A stretch of DNA of 64,000 bases from Callorhinchus milii (Eukaryota). Below the pieces are notes generated by a model that saw only the letters and a list, made by a program, of their open reading frames with translations, had not been told where the DNA came from and searched no databases. Every line of letters begins with the position of its first letter. The first letter of the stretch is position 1. The stretch covers positions 124,001 through 188,000 of the forward strand of contig NW_024704824.1 of the NCBI RefSeq assembly GCF_018977255.1, read 5' to 3'. Below, in pieces: positions 1-13,701 of this stretch. Both the position numbers and the translations under genes were made by a program.

Positions 1-390
1 TCTCTCTCACACACACACACTCTGTGTCTCTGTCGCACACTCACTCTGACAAACTCACACACACTGTATCTCACCCACACTCACACACATGCTCTCTATC
101 TCACTCTCACGCACACTATATCTCACACAACCTCTCACACACACACACTCCCACACAAACTCTCTCACTCACACACACTGTATCTCACACACACTGTCTC
201 TCTCACCCTCTGTCTCAAACACACACACTCTGTCTCACTGACACACACACTATCACACACATTCACACAGACTGTCTCACTCTGACACACACACTCATAC
301 ACACTGTATCTCACACAACACTCACCCTCTCTCTGTCTCACTCTCCCACACACACTCTCTCTCTCTCCACCCCCCCACCCCCCACCCCCA
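1..390. repeat. Degenerate (CA/CT)n simple repeat in the ADPRH intron
   Basis: Continuous cacaca/tctctc low-complexity sequence; the His/Thr/Ser-rich ORFs here are artefacts. Confidence 0.9.
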
Positions 391-404
391 CTGTGATCGT
401 GTAC

Positions 405-625
405 CAGTGTTGAGAGCCTGAGCGCTGGCGAGGTGTAGTACAGTGTCGTCACTGACAGGCCAGTGTGGCAGACAGACGTGAATGTTGCCCAGGCACCCCA
501 GCCCCTCCAGCTCGGAATGAATCTGCTCCCCGCTCTCGCAGAATTCCCACCGTGCGTTCCGATAGCCCAACGCATCTCCAACCGCGCTCAGCAGCATAGC
601 TGCCTCGTAAACCTTCCTTGAAACA
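405..625 (-). CDS. ADPRH: ADP-ribosylarginine hydrolase (ARH1) first major coding exon
   Basis: Translates [73 protein letters not shown](G). It carries the ARH-family GDALG and catalytic SDDT motifs (ADPRHL1 has SDNT). Acceptor ctctccccgcag before 625; GT donor after 405. The start-codon exon was not located and the downstream exons lie outside the window. Confidence 0.85.
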
Positions 626-679
626 CTGCGGGGAGAGACGACGACAACAACGACAACAACAACTACAGCAACAACCACC

Positions 680-1330
680 TTGAGTCTCGCTCCCTCCAGC
701 CCTCACTCACTTCCTTCGCGCGCACACTCACACCCTCACCCACTGTCTCGCGTGCTCACACCCTCGATCTCTGACTCGCCCCCGCACTCACTCATTCACT
801 CACTGCCTCCCTCCGTCCCTTGCTCACTCACTCGGTCGCTCACTCACTTGCTCACACACTCCCCTCACTTCTTCACTCACTCAGCCATTTTCTCACTTGC
901 TCACTACCTCCCTCTTCACTCTCTTCCTCACTCACTCATTCACTCACTCAGTCCGTCACTCACTCACTCACTAATTCTTTCCTTCCATCTGTCTCCGCCA
1001 TCTCTCTTTCAGTCACTCATCCCGCACGCCACCACCCCCATAACTCGATGACCTGCTGACTCTCTCTCTCTCTCTCTCTCTGTCTCAACTCTCCATCTCG
1101 GTATTCAAAATTTTCCACAATTGAAGAAAAAATTTCAGGTCATAGAAACTGGAAAAATTTCAGTCTCTCTCAGTCACTCTCTCTCTCAGTCTCTCTCACT
1201 CTGAGTCTATCTCTTACATTCTCTCTCTCTCAGTCTGTCTCTCACTCAGTCTCTCGCTCTGTCTCACTCAGTCTCTCACTCAGTCAGTCCCTCTCTCTCA
1301 GTCTCTCTCTGTCTCTCTCTCTCAGATTCC
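680..1330. repeat. (CTCA)n/(CT)n low-complexity tract
   Basis: Repeated cactcact and ctctct units. Confidence 0.85.
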
Positions 1331-1559
1331 GAAACTGAATAAATGTGTAACTCTGGAATGACCTGACCAGCTGTCTGCTCACATCTCCACTGTCAGCAAT
1401 AACCTTTGAGATTGATCTTTGGAGCCGGAGAAACAGGGAAATCCCACAGCCCAGGTCTGACACTCTCTGTCTAACAGGAGTCAGACACTGCCCTTTCAAC
1501 CCACCCTCTCTGTGTCTCTCTCTCAGTCTCTCTGTCGGTACTGGGACACCTGCTCTTCT

Positions 1560-1665
1560 GATTTATCTGAGTGATCGTGACACCTGGATATAAGGAGCAC
1601 AATTTCCAAATTTGCAGGCGATACTAAGCTAGGAAAAATAGTTAATGGTGAGGAGGATAGCACCA
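1560..1665 (+). mobile_element. Old CR1 LINE reverse-transcriptase fragment interrupted by an L2 insertion
   Basis: gagcacaatttccaaatttgcaggcgatactaagctagg is a decayed ISKFADDTKLG. The CR1 frame resumes at about 5390 on the far side of the L2. Confidence 0.7.
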
Positions 1666-4600
1666 CAATAACAACAACAACAAGATTCCATTTGTAGAGC
1701 GCCTTTCACGTCGGGAGGACGTCCCAAGGCGCTGTATAGTTGGATCAGGACCCGAGCAAGGGGGAAATGGTCAGGGTGAGGGGAGGAAAGGGAGGGAGCG
1801 AGGAGGGGGTAGAGAGTCGAGAGGAGAGCTGAAGGCACCGTCAAAGAGAAAGGTCTTGAGACCGGCCTTGAAGGAGGAAAGGGTGGAAGCGGCGAAGGCA
1901 CTGGGGATAGAGTTCCAGAGCCTCGGGGCTGAGAGGCTGAAGGCCCGGCCACCGATGGTAGGGCAGTTCGGGCGGGGGATGTGGAGCATACCGGAGCCAG
2001 AGGAACGGAGGGTACGGGCAGGTAGGTAGGGGGATAGTAGATCAGAGAGGTAGGAGGGAGAAAGGCCGTGAATGGCCTTGTAGGTGAGGATGAGGATCTT
2101 GAATTCGATCCTCTGCGGGATGGGGAGCCAGTGGAGGCGAGCGAGGGTGGGAGTGATGTGGTCGCGGTGTCTGGTGCAGGACAGTACACAAGCTGCAGAG
2201 TTCTGAATGACCTGCAGCTTGTGGAGGGAGGTGGCGGGAAGGCCGGCGAGGAGAGAGTTCCCATAGTCCAGCCTTGAGTGATAAAGGCGTGGACCAGAGT
2301 TTCAGCAGCGTGAGGGGTGAGGCAGTGCCATAGTCTGGCGACATTCCGGAGGTGATGGAAGGCGGTGCCAGTTGTGGTGCGGATATGAGTGAGAAACGAC
2401 AGCTCAGAGTCGAGCAGAACGCCGAGGTTCCTGACTGGCTTTGAGAGGTGGAGAGTGCGGCCTTGGATGCTGATGCTGTCAGCGCCTGAGATGCGGAGGC
2501 GCTGACATGAGCCAATCAGAAGGGCCTCAGTTTTGCACAAGTTGAGCTGAAGAAAGTTGTCTCTCGTCCAGGACTCGATGTCGGACAGGCAGCTGTCAGG
2601 ACATCGGTGGTCGTGGAGTTGAGGTTAGAGGAGGAAAGGTATAGTTGGGAGCCATCCACATACAAGTGGAAGTTAACTCCATGTCTGCGGATGATGTCAC
2701 CACAGGGGGAGCATGTAGAGGGTGAAGAGGAGGGGACCGAGGACAGAACATTGAGGAACACCCACGAGTGCGGGGGCTGGAGGAAAAACCATTCGTGGAA
2801 ACAAAGTGAAGACGGTGGGTGAGGTATATCCTAAACCACTCAAGGACAGCGCCTTGAACGTTGAGGTGGGAGAACAAGCGGTGGAGGAGGATAGCATGGT
2901 CGACCGTATCGAATGCTGCCGATAGGTCGAGGAGGACAAGGAGGCAGAGGGAGCCCTGGTCACAGATGGTCAGGATGTCATTGGTGACCTTTATGTCATT
3001 GGTGACAGTTTCTGTGCTATGGGCAGCACGGAAACCCGACTGAAGGGGTTCGAATAATGAATGGTGGAGAGGAAAGAGCGCAGCCGGGAGGCGACGACTC
3101 GTTCCAGGACCTTGGACAGGAAGGGGAGGTTGGAGATGGGCCAGTAGCTTGATAGCTGCGACGCATCAAAGGAGGGTTTTTTCAAGGTGGGAGTGATGGT
3201 GGCAGTTTTTAAGGGAATGGGAATAGAGCCAGAGGAGAGGGACGATGTGTGATATGTGGGGCAAGAAGGTGGAGCTGGGATGGGGTTGGGGTCAAGGGAG
3301 CAGGTGGTGGGTTTCAGGGATAGGATGGGATAGATAGGATAGGATTAGTTTGGTGACAGAGGATGGGTAAACTGGTACGAAAGTGTGTAGTGGAGGATGG
3401 GTAGGAGTCGGAGTGTGGGAGGGAAGGGGTGGGGGGTTGGTGGATGTTGGGTGGAAGTGACCGCGGAGCGAATTCCCTTGATTTCGGATGCAAGGAAATC
3501 CAACATCTCCTCGCAGTGAAGGTTGGAGGAGATGACCTGCGCGGTGTGGCGTGGGGGACGGAGGAGTTGGGATGTGGTAGAGAAGCGTAGCCTGGGGTTG
3601 TTCTTCGCTTCCATGATTGACCTGGAGTAGAAGACGATTTGGCCGACTCTAGAGTGTAGCGGTAGATTTTGAGGAGGTCCAGCCAGATTTGTCGGTGGAC
3701 CGTTAGGCCAGATTTGACCCAGGTGCGTTCAGCAGCCCGCACCTAGCTCTTCAGTGAGCGGAGGTGGGTGGTGAACCAGGGGCAGGAGCGAGAGTAGGAG
3801 ACGGTACGGGAGGTGATGGGGGCAATAGTGTCAAGTGAGGGGGAGAGGGTATCGTGGAGGAGGGTGAGAGCAGAAGAGGGGTCAGTGAGGGTTGAAGGCC
3901 AGAGGGAGAGGAGTTCAGAGGACTCCAAGGCAGCGGTTAGGGATTGAGGGGATAACTTCTTCCAGGGGCGGTAGAAGATGGTGGTGGGTCTGCTGGAGGT
4001 GGGGAGGGGGGTGGAGGTGTTGAAGGAGATGAAGTGGTGGTCGGAGACGGCCTTGTCGGTGATAGTGACGTCCAAGACACTGAGGCCCCAGGTGATCACC
4101 AAGTCGAGTGGGTGGCCGTGACTGTGAGTGGGGGAGTTGATGTGGAGCGAGGAGAGCAGTGAAGAGAAATCTGAGGAGATTGAGCAGGAGGGGGTGAAGT
4201 GCAGGTTAAAGTCGCCCAGGATGGTGAGGCGATCAGAGCAGAGGCAGAGAGAAGTAAGTAGGGTGGAAATATCAGAGATAAAGGTGGGAGAGGTTTTAGG
4301 GGGCCGGTAGAGGAGGAGGATTTTAAGTGAGAGGAAGGAGGAGTGGGAGAGGGTGAGGTGCTCAAAAGAGGGGAAACAGCCAGAGGAGTAGGGGATAGGG
4401 CAAGTGGTGTCCTTGAGATAAGGGCAACACCACCGCCACGGCGGTTGGGGCGAGGGATGTGGTGGGAGGTGTAGCCGGGTGGTGTGGCCTCCGTGAGGGG
4501 GATGGTGTCGCCTGGAGTGAGCCAGGTTTCCGTAAAGGCCATGATATCAACGTTGCCATCAAGGATGAGATCGTTGATGACCAGGGCCTTGTTACAGAGG

Positions 4601-5385
4601 GAGCGGACGTTTTGTTGTACGATGTGGATGGAGCGGTTGACAGAAGAGTGTGTGGGAGGGGAGGGGGGTCCAGGTTGTGAGGCAGGAGTGGGGGAAATGG
4701 GGATAAGGGAGGAGAGGTTGGCTCCCCGGGTCTGTGTCCGGGGTGGCTGGCGAGTGTGGTTGGGAATGGGCAGACGGTGTGGCTGCTGCTGGACAGCCAA
4801 CGCCGAATGCCACAGTGAGCCCGGGGCAGGATTCCTAGGCTGGAACAGAGGGAGGTTGTGGGAGGGTCAAGTGGGGACAGAAGGCGAGAGGGACGGAGAG
4901 AGGAGTAGAGAGCGGGAGAGATGCAGAGGGGGGAGGGTTTGGGGGTACAGAGGAGGGAGGAGGGAGGGAGGGGGTGAGGGGGCTCGGGTCATAGCGGCAG
5001 CCATATTGCGCACGCGGGGACTGGGAGCGAGCGGTCAGGTGGATGGAAACATTTTCCCACAGGCTGCGGCTGGGGCAGCCAACCTAACAGGACCGTGGTG
5101 GGCTCTGATGAGAGCGCTGGGGCGGGGGGGGGGCGCAGAGGATATTTGTTTTTTTGTTTTTTATTTGTTTATTTATTTATTTTTTTTAGTTGAGTTGCGC
5201 GCGTACACTTCTGAAAATTACCTCTATGACGTCAGCGGATCCCCCGCTCCGCCCCCACTGGTTCCCTCCTCTGCCCCACACCCCCCCCCCCCCACACACC
5301 CAGCTGCACTCCCTGCCGTGTTGAGCTTAAATACCTGAGAGGTCGGCCCAAGCTCCTCCCCGCGCTGTCCTGGCGCCGCTCCCTG
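1666..5385 (-). mobile_element. L2-clade LINE (copy A), near full length, ORF2 frameshifted
   Basis: APE domain (QNVRSLCNK...FTETWL...GDFNLH...LDLVIT), RT domain ([31 protein letters not shown], decayed YADD), and a 3' tail gcgccttgggacgtcc...aatggaatcttgtt(gtt)n. GC-rich 5' region at about 4800-5385. Confidence 0.92.
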
Positions 5386-5389
5386 TCTC

Positions 5390-6268
5390 GGACTCCAGGC
5401 AGACACACACAGAATGGTGGAATGGGCTGACACGTGGCAGATGGATTTCAATGTAGATAAGTGCGAGGTGATACACTTAGAGAGGAAAAATGATAGGAGG
5501 CAATATAGGCTTGGGAGCTCAATCTGAAGGGGGGTGAACGTACAGAGAGATCTGGGCGATCAAGTAAGCGATTCATTGAAGGTGGCAGAGCAGGTAGATA
5601 GGGCAGTAAAAAGGGCATTTGGTGTACTGAGCTTCATTAGTAGGGGTATAGAGTATAAGAGTAGGAGGTTATGCTCAAGCTGTACAAAACACTGGTTAAG
5701 CCTCAGCTGGAGTACTGCGTTCAGTTCAGGGTAACTTACCTCAGGAAGGATATTAAGGCACTGGAAGGGGTGCAGAGGAGATTCACGAGAATGATACCAG
5801 GAATGGGGAAGCTTAGCTATGAGGACAGGCTGCAAAACGCAGGTCTTTTCCCATGAGAGCAGAGAAGGTTACGTAGGGACCTGATAGAGGTCTTCAAGAT
5901 CATGAAAGGTTTCGACAGGCGAGATAGGGAAAAGCTGTTTCCGCTGGTAGGTGTGTCTGTGACTCGTGGTCACAGTCTTAATATATCTTCCAAAAGAAGC
6001 AGAGAGGAGGTTAGAAGAAATGCTTTCACTCAGCGAGTTGTTAGAATTTGGAATGATCTGCCCGAAAGGGCAGTGAAGTCCGATTCGATAACAGCTTTTA
6101 AGAGAGAACTGGATAGGTATCTGGGAAGACAGGTTTGCAGGGTTATGGGGAGAAAGCTGGTGAGTGGGGTTAATAAAAGTCAGTGGCTCTGTGAAAGAGC
6201 CGCTCAGACTCGATGGGCCGAATGGCCTCCTTCTGTGCTGTAACATTCTATGATTCTATGATTCTATG
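5390..6268 (+). mobile_element. CR1 LINE 3' part (young subfamily)
   Basis: LYKTLVKPQLEYCVQF...VQRRFTRMIPG; 3' end tgggccgaatggcctccttctgtgctgtaac followed by (attctatg)n. Confidence 0.92.
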
Positions 6269-6269
6269 A

Positions 6270-6625
6270 TACAAAAATTCGGAGAGGTTTTGCTAAATGA
6301 TAGAGGGATAAACTATTTCCTGTGGCAGGTGGATGAGTAACCAGAGGATATACATTGAGCATAATTGGAAAAACAACCAGAGGGGAGATGAGAATTCATT
6401 GTATTGAGAGTTGTTATTGTCTGGAATGCACAGCCTGAAAGTGTGGTGGAAACAGATTCAATAACCACTTTCTAACGCAAATTGGATAGAAACTTGAAAA
6501 AGGAAAATTCACATTGGGGAGTGTGTGGGGGAGTGGGACTGATTGGATCGATCTTCCATTGAGCCCATACAGACATGATGGGCCAAATGGTCTGATTGTG
6601 TGCTGCAATAATCTATGATTTTATG
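6270..6625 (+). mobile_element. Older CR1 3' fragment; start of a segment also present inverted at 37.5-38.7 kb
   Basis: CR1-type 3' end (tgatgggccaaatggtctg...tctatga); matches 38320-38685 in reverse complement. Confidence 0.75.
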
Positions 6626-7904
6626 TTTCTACAATATCTGTAATTTTGATAGAATATAAAACAATTCCATTGTCATTAGTATTTAATTCAAGTTAAAGAA
6701 ATCGCTGTGATTTAACCAAATGTGAGTGCATTTTCTAATGTAAGCGCTGAGTGGCGCTGCAGGACCAATGTTGAACCTTGAACGCTTTCAGTGATTTTAA
6801 TTTTGGGGCACAATTTTTAATTGTGAGTTTCTTGAGCAGCGGCTTCAAATACCGTTGGATTTCATAACTTTTGAAGGGAATATATACATCAATGGTCCAT
6901 CCATTCATCTGTCAGTCCACCCAGACACTGATCCATCGATCCATAACAACATACAAACAACTGAACCCAAACATTTGCCCATTTCCTCTTCAACACAACC
7001 TGTCCAGCCATCCAGTCTGTCCATCCGAACTTTGAGCCATTGTGACCCAGGAAGTCTGTATTCAGAATACAACAACAACTTGCGCTTATATAGCGCCCTA
7101 CACGCAGGGTAGTGTCTCAGAGGGGTTAGCAGTGGCGGAGTGATGTAGAATCAAGTCTATCCATTTGTATGTCCAATGGCCCATCTTTCCTTTAAACTAA
7201 ACAAGTGGACAATTACAAGGAGACAAGCGATCTGACGCGTAACAATCTGTGAGACCAGATACGTTTAATCTGAGAAACCATTTTGTTTTAAAATGAACAA
7301 AGCTCCTGTGGACAATTAAGGTTAAACTAAAGATATCGGTGTTCAATACATATGTATTAATCGATGGAATAATTGCCAATTGATGCTCCAGATTGTTTAA
7401 ATGGGATTTGTCTTCTCAAATGTCACTGCCGTTTGCTGCAGCCAATGAGAGAAAGCTTTGCCTGTGATCACTGTGACTGGTGACGCTCTCTAACGCTTCC
7501 ACTAACACGATTTTCATCTGCAGATCAACAGCAAAGCCTTCACTGCCCACAGAGCACAGGCTCCGCAGATAGCACACCCTGACAGATGATGTGTGTAACT
7601 TATTGTCACTGCACTTTGAGCCGTGGTGCCCTGGGAAGTCTGTATTCAGATACAACAACAACAGCAGCAATAACAACTTGCAGTTATATAGCGTCCTCAA
7701 CGCAGGGGGGCGTCTCAGAGCTCTTAACAGTTGCGGAGTAATGCAGAATCAATTTTAATCTTTCCACAACAAGAACAGCTTCACGCTATTTGAAATCATT
7801 TGTAATAAAATAACATCGATTACATTGTCAGATGAGTGAAAAAGAGAAAGAGCAAATATTAAGATATTTTCCATATTAAGATATCAGAAATAAACAGAAA
7901 ATCT

Positions 7905-8235
7905 GGGAATAATAATAATATAATAATAATAATCCTTGCATTCGATATAGCGCTTTTCACATCTTGTGAACGTTTTAAGAGCTTCACAAAATATACTGTA
8001 AAGTGAATTGATTGAATATTTGTGGGCAAACCTCGGCAGCCAATTGCACACAGCAGTGTGCCACAATAGTCGTGGATTGAAATTACCTTTATTGTTATTT
8101 ATTTTTCTTCAAGTATTATTGTCTCACGTGTGGAGCAAGGAAACTTGCCCACATTTTTTGTTCTGTCAGTAATCGGACCCAGGTCTCCTGCTTGTGAGGC
8201 TGGTACTCTAAACACTGAGATACAGGACTCCACAA
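7905..8235 (-). mobile_element. tRNA-headed SINE with L2-type 3' tail
   Basis: The minus strand has an A/B-box-like head, a ctgctgtgtgcaattggctgcc core and a gcgctatatcgaatgcaaggattatt(att)n tail. Confidence 0.75.
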
Positions 8236-8889
8236 TGACTCCACATTAATGGTGGAAATCTAATGAAAAATGGCTGAGAGATGGCCTGATAGAGGGCTTT
8301 AAATTATCTGAGTTATTGATAGAGCTGATAGAGAGAATGTATTGCTACTGTTCAGTAAATGGGTGACTGAAGGATATTAATTTAAGATAGTTAGCAAACG
8401 AGCTAATGGCGATGTTCGTTTATTATTGCAAAGAGTGGTTTGGATATGGAGTGGGCTGACCGGCTCAGGTGTTGTGATAAAAATCCATATTAGTTTTGAA
8501 AAGAACCAGAAACATAGCTGAACTGGAGTCAACTATTGGTGTATATGAACAGAGCGAGTGAACGGGATACAAAGGTTTGCAATTAAAAGAACCAACAGAC
8601 ACAGAATAGAACAAGTTACCTTTTCTATGTTGTAAACGTCTTTGGTTCTCTGATTGAGGGGATAATAGACACTCTCAATTATTGTTCTCTCAGATGTTGT
8701 TTCACCGGTGTAGGTTTTAAATGTTGTTTCAACACCTGTAATACACAGAGAATATAATAATCTTTACATTTTATACAGCGCCTTTCATGTCAGGAGAATA
8801 TTTTCGTCACTGCACATGATTTACAGCAGAGTTTAGTGCCTGTGTTTTGCAGCCGATGCCAAGCAGCCGTGAAGTGTGTATTAGTCAGT

Positions 8890-9140
8890 ATCACATGGCA
8901 ACAGTTTTGCCTCTGATTCTAAGGTTGTGCGTACACAATCCACATCGGCATTTTAAACTCATACAGTCCCGCTGATACTACAAAACACTGCCGGGGCTGT
9001 GCTGTGTTGTGAGGGACGCAATCCTTCAGATGAGACATTAAACAGAGGTTTGTCTGTCTGTTCAGGTCGATGTTAAAGATCCCAGGGCACTACTCGACAC
9101 GAGAAGGGAGTGACTCCCTGTATCCTGGCCAACAATCCCC
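8890..9140 (+). mobile_element. Deu-domain-like SINE fragment (SacSINE1/AmnSINE-related)
   Basis: cagatgagacattaaacagagg...aaagatcccagggcactac...tcctggccaac resembles the Deu core as recalled; not database-checked. Confidence 0.55.
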
Positions 9141-9189
9141 GTTTGAGAAATGTCCTGTTTTTTTTAAACAGAGGAGTGTGTTCTATAAC

Positions 9190-9345
9190 ATCCACAGAAA
9201 CAGACGACCAAATCTCCTCCAATACACCTCAGCCCCTGCACTGCAATGCCGAGAGGTCCTGAGCTCCACACACAGACATAGGGCTTGAACCCACGGCCTT
9301 CTGACTGACAGGCGAGAGTGCTGCCAACTGAGCCGAGTTAATACA
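9190..9345 (-). mobile_element. tRNA-derived SINE head
   Basis: The minus strand reads ggctcagttggcagcactctcgcctgtcagtcagaaggccgtgggttcaagccc (A and B boxes). Confidence 0.65.
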
Positions 9346-11459
9346 CATAGTTCAGCGTTCAGACACAATACAAACAATTTACTTGTTTCCAAACACTTTA
9401 TATGAACACTTAGACACAAAAGCTGCTTTATTTCCTGAATAGTTTTGGTTTCACAGTCACAGTCTCTAAAATACATTTCCAAAGATCAATTATACTCAAT
9501 GAAAAAGGTTCCTGTTCTGCCGTCACACGTGTTCCTCATATTGCTGTTAGATTGTAATAAGGCGGCCATAATAACAACTGCAAATTGTTATTCCCTCTGA
9601 TGCTAATTTACATGTTATAGGTTTCGAATATTTGTTTTACTTTTGTGATATACAGTTTGGGTGGAGGGATTGTAGTTACAGAAACATGAAATAACCAAGA
9701 AACCAAGAAGTTTAAGCTCTGTAACATGTTTATCTGGTGTTTGTCATTGGTTTGTTGCCGGATAATATTAATGCTGTATTGTGAAGTATTCCCCAATAGT
9801 TACAAATGCCGATCAACAGTTTTTGTAACCTCTGCAGAACTATATCTGAGACTTTAATTTGACAATTATTTTATTTCCACAGACAGAAGCCATATATGGA
9901 GGACGCTCTGTGTTGTTCGGTGGAACATTTTTAACCAGTTTCTAGCAGATGGCTTTCAGGTCAGTTTTACATTAGGAGGAAATCGCTCTAATTTAGTGTC
10001 AGAAAGTGCAGGTGTTTCCTGCAGTTAAGAAACTGACTCTTTCTCAGACCAACACGTGCCAATGTCAATGGTTTCTTGTAAGTGTTGTTTGACCTGGGGC
10101 AGCAGGTTTCAGTAAAAGGGTTAATTTAAATAATTTTTTCTCCAAGTTATCAATTGTGATTTGTACTTTAATTTGACTATCCATATGGAGTACAGGGGCG
10201 GTGTGTGTGTGTTGTGGTGGGAAGGGGGTGGGGGAGTGTTGGGGGTTTAGGTTTCTTATTGGAAATGAATTCACTCCTCGGTGGAACGGTTGGCAATAAA
10301 ATGTGGAACTGAGTCAATCCTCTGTGACAATCCTCGATAATCGGGTTCCTGAACCACGTGGGTTCGGATGTAATCCAGGTCCTGCTGTTGGCAAACCAGC
10401 CTGTCTGCCTGCCCAATTGGTAGGACCAGTGGGCAAAGCAGTCACAGTGGGCATTGGAGATTCATCCCATTTAAGTCCTGTTAACCCTGCAGGTCAAAGC
10501 ACTAACACAGAGGACAATTCTAACTGGTCAAGTCACAGGAAACTTGCCAGACAGTGCGTGCAATCGCAAGATTTCACATTCAACTGATTAAACCCCAGCA
10601 GTTACACTTCCAAAGCCTAACGCACCAGAGTCTGAAATGCACCTGAATTAGGTTGGATAGGTCTGCTCCTCCTGGAAGAGATTTACACATTCCATTCCAG
10701 ACATTAAGGGTTTCCTGAAGAACAGTTGTAGTTAAACTGTTCCCCAAACAGAGTTTTGTCTCCTGTGAAATTCTTCATCAACCGACCCCTCTTTCATATA
10801 CATTGACCAATTGTGTGGTGATTCAGTGCATTGGGACGTCCTCCCAGCATCAAAGACGCTTTACCAACGTAANTTTTTGTTCCTGTCACCAGTTTGCTGT
10901 CGTTGACACAATAAATTTGGGCAAATGGTACGTTACGTTTATGGCTGTATTTTACAATTTGCCAAGTTTTGATCAGAACAAAATTCTGCATTAAACGGTA
11001 AAGTGTGACACAAGCGAAATTCCTTCACTGTTGTGCTGATTCTCATAAAGATGAACGGTAGGAAGTAAAATACATGTACAGAGTGGCGGCTAAACAGAGG
11101 ACATGGCCTGCATTTGAAATTCAAAATACATCTGCGTAAATACTATTTCAGCGAGTGAGCAGCAAACGTATGGAACAGTCTCCCTCGGGAGATGGTTGAA
11201 ACACAACTTGTTGATTCCTTTAAAAGCAAATTAGATGGACGTATTTTAGGAAATAATATTGTGGGATATAGTGTGAGCCTGACATGTGCATGTGACTTCC
11301 AGGATGGTGGAAGGCAAACTGGACAGACCATGATCTTTTTTCGACTAACAATTCTTATGTTCAAACTGATCTGTTACAGTAGATCAGCTCAGATTAAAAG
11401 CTGATATAACTGAGGATAAAAAATGCTTAAAACACTGAATGCAATATAATAATAAGTCT

Positions 11460-11765
11460 ACTACTAATAATAATCTTTGCATTTGACACAGCGCCTTTCA
11501 CGTCTTCTCGACGTCTCAAAGCGCTTCACGGAATATGCTGTAAAGTGAATTGACTGTATATTTGTAGGTGAAACGCGGCAGCTAATTGCGCACAGCAGTG
11601 TCCCACAAACAGTCGTGAATTCAAAATGACCAATTTGTTTTTTGGAGGGATTATTATTTGGTGTGTGGAGTAAGGAAACTTGGCCAAGGTTTCGCCCGGC
11701 CTGGAATCAAGCCAGGTGTCTCGCTTGCAATGCGTGTGCTTTAACCACTGAGCTACAAGATTCCA
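11460..11765 (-). mobile_element. tRNA-headed SINE with L2-type tail
   Basis: Head tagctcagtggttaaagcac...cctggcttgattcc; tail gcgctttgagacgtc...aaatgcaaagattatt. Confidence 0.8.
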
Positions 11766-13701
11766 CAGCACTCCCTTTATAGAACCTCAGCCGTCATGTT
11801 TCTCGTTTAAAAAATTGTTTAAAGTTATCTATCTCTGAACAGCAAGTTTGTCCTGCAAGTTTTGTTTAGTTCATCAACATCAGAAAGACGCCACTTTCCC
11901 TCAGTGGAACGTGAAGCACATCACTACGCTATGGGCACAGTGAATCTGTACAGGTAATCCAACAACCGGTTAGAAAAACATTTGACATTTTCTTTGCTCC
12001 AGAGAACATTAGGGATGGAGGGGAGGGAGTGTGTGCGGGGGAGGGGAAGTAGAATAATTGATAGCCAACAGCGATAGTTGGAATTCAACTGCTCTGACTA
12101 GTTAAGACATTTGTGCATATATTTAGCTTCAATATAGATCAGGGCTTGATCTTTGGTAGATGCAGATTCATAAAGAAAAATGTTACACCACATTTACGCA
12201 CTGAGCGGGATATCAGTGTTCCATATTAATCAATAGAATTGGCTGTGAACTGGGTTAGAAGGGTATATGGGGGAGAGCGGGGAAATACTTACTGTTCGAG
12301 TTATGCAAATATAAATTTTAGAGAAAATAACAGCCAACAATGGACGCAAATATGTGCTTCTGTGCAGGGAGTTTCTGTGGAATGGCGACAATATTAATTC
12401 TGGATCTGTTCATTTTTTAAAAAATATTGAAATAGGTGAAACGGCAAACGGATTATTGCACGTGTCTGTCTGTCTCTAATGTTGAAACTAACATATGAAA
12501 GATGTACTTATTGATTTTCTGTTTGCTGAAAGTCGACCATCTCAGTAGTAATCCTGAGGTTTGTTATGGAGCTTTTCACATCAAGGAGATGTGTCAAAGC
12601 ACTTCAATAGTTTGGTAAGAAGGCAAAAGGACCGAAGAACTAAACCCATAACAACACGGCACAACCCCAGCAGAGCATTGGAATGTATTTCACAAACATC
12701 AACTCCATTATTGTCAAATGCCGATGTGGATTTGAGCCAAAAACCTCTGTCTCAAGTGGTTGCACATGTTGTTTGCTGCCACGTCAGCAAGACGTCCCAA
12801 AGGCTTTCACAGTTTAAACTGTGAAGAGGAGTCTGGGCCAACACAGCATACCAACAGCCCACAGCTGGGATTTGGGCTTCATGGCCTCCCACTGTGGTGC
12901 TGCTCAGATTGTCAGCTCAGCACAGGCAGGAGATGAAGCTCTCTGCATATATCAAACACATTGCACACTCACATTGTGCTATAAATACTATAACACAGAG
13001 CTGCGTGTTACTATATTAGAATAGCCATGTGTCTGAAGCTGTATCTGGGTGTGGAGCTGATCACGAGGGGACAGAAGCAGCTGCTGGTCACTGGAGCGGA
13101 GAAGCAATTCAAGTGCAAAGATTTTTGCCCATTAATTGTTCCAGTAAAACCCGAACTGAAGTCGGACAGTTCATTCAACAGCTTTTGTTTAATGCTGAGC
13201 TTCTGTGAATCTGAACAATTTGGAAATCAGAAGTCAAGGCGGCATTGACACAAAGGGAACAGGAAAGACACAGATCAAACAGCTCACTAACTTTTATCAT
13301 TTCTTGATACTTCGGACAAACAAATATAGAGATTCTGTAGGCATTATGGAATAGGATCGGACCCCAAATAGTCATCTTCAGAATGAAATAAAAGGATAAA
13401 ATATAACAGCCTCTGTCTTTCTGTATCATTACACCACACAAATAGTAAACAGCAAATAAAGAATATCAGAGAGGTGTGACAGTACATGAAATAACAATGT
13501 GAAATGTTATTCACAAAAGGCAGATTGGGAAATAATCCAACAATAAGAAAAGTCTCTAAAATCTACGTAGTTGCACAATACAATGTTTACTTCCAATGAA
13601 TTAGATCAATCGGTGAAACAGGACATCACATACTCTGTCACAGGACATTGACGATAAACACAAACAGACGAGGAACATCGGTGAAGCTGATGGTAATATA
13701 C

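Noticed and set aside
10065-10587. Short ORFs and AP-1/E-box motifs as a gene or 3' enhancer
   Set aside because: No recognisable protein family, and the motifs are too sparse to support a call without data.
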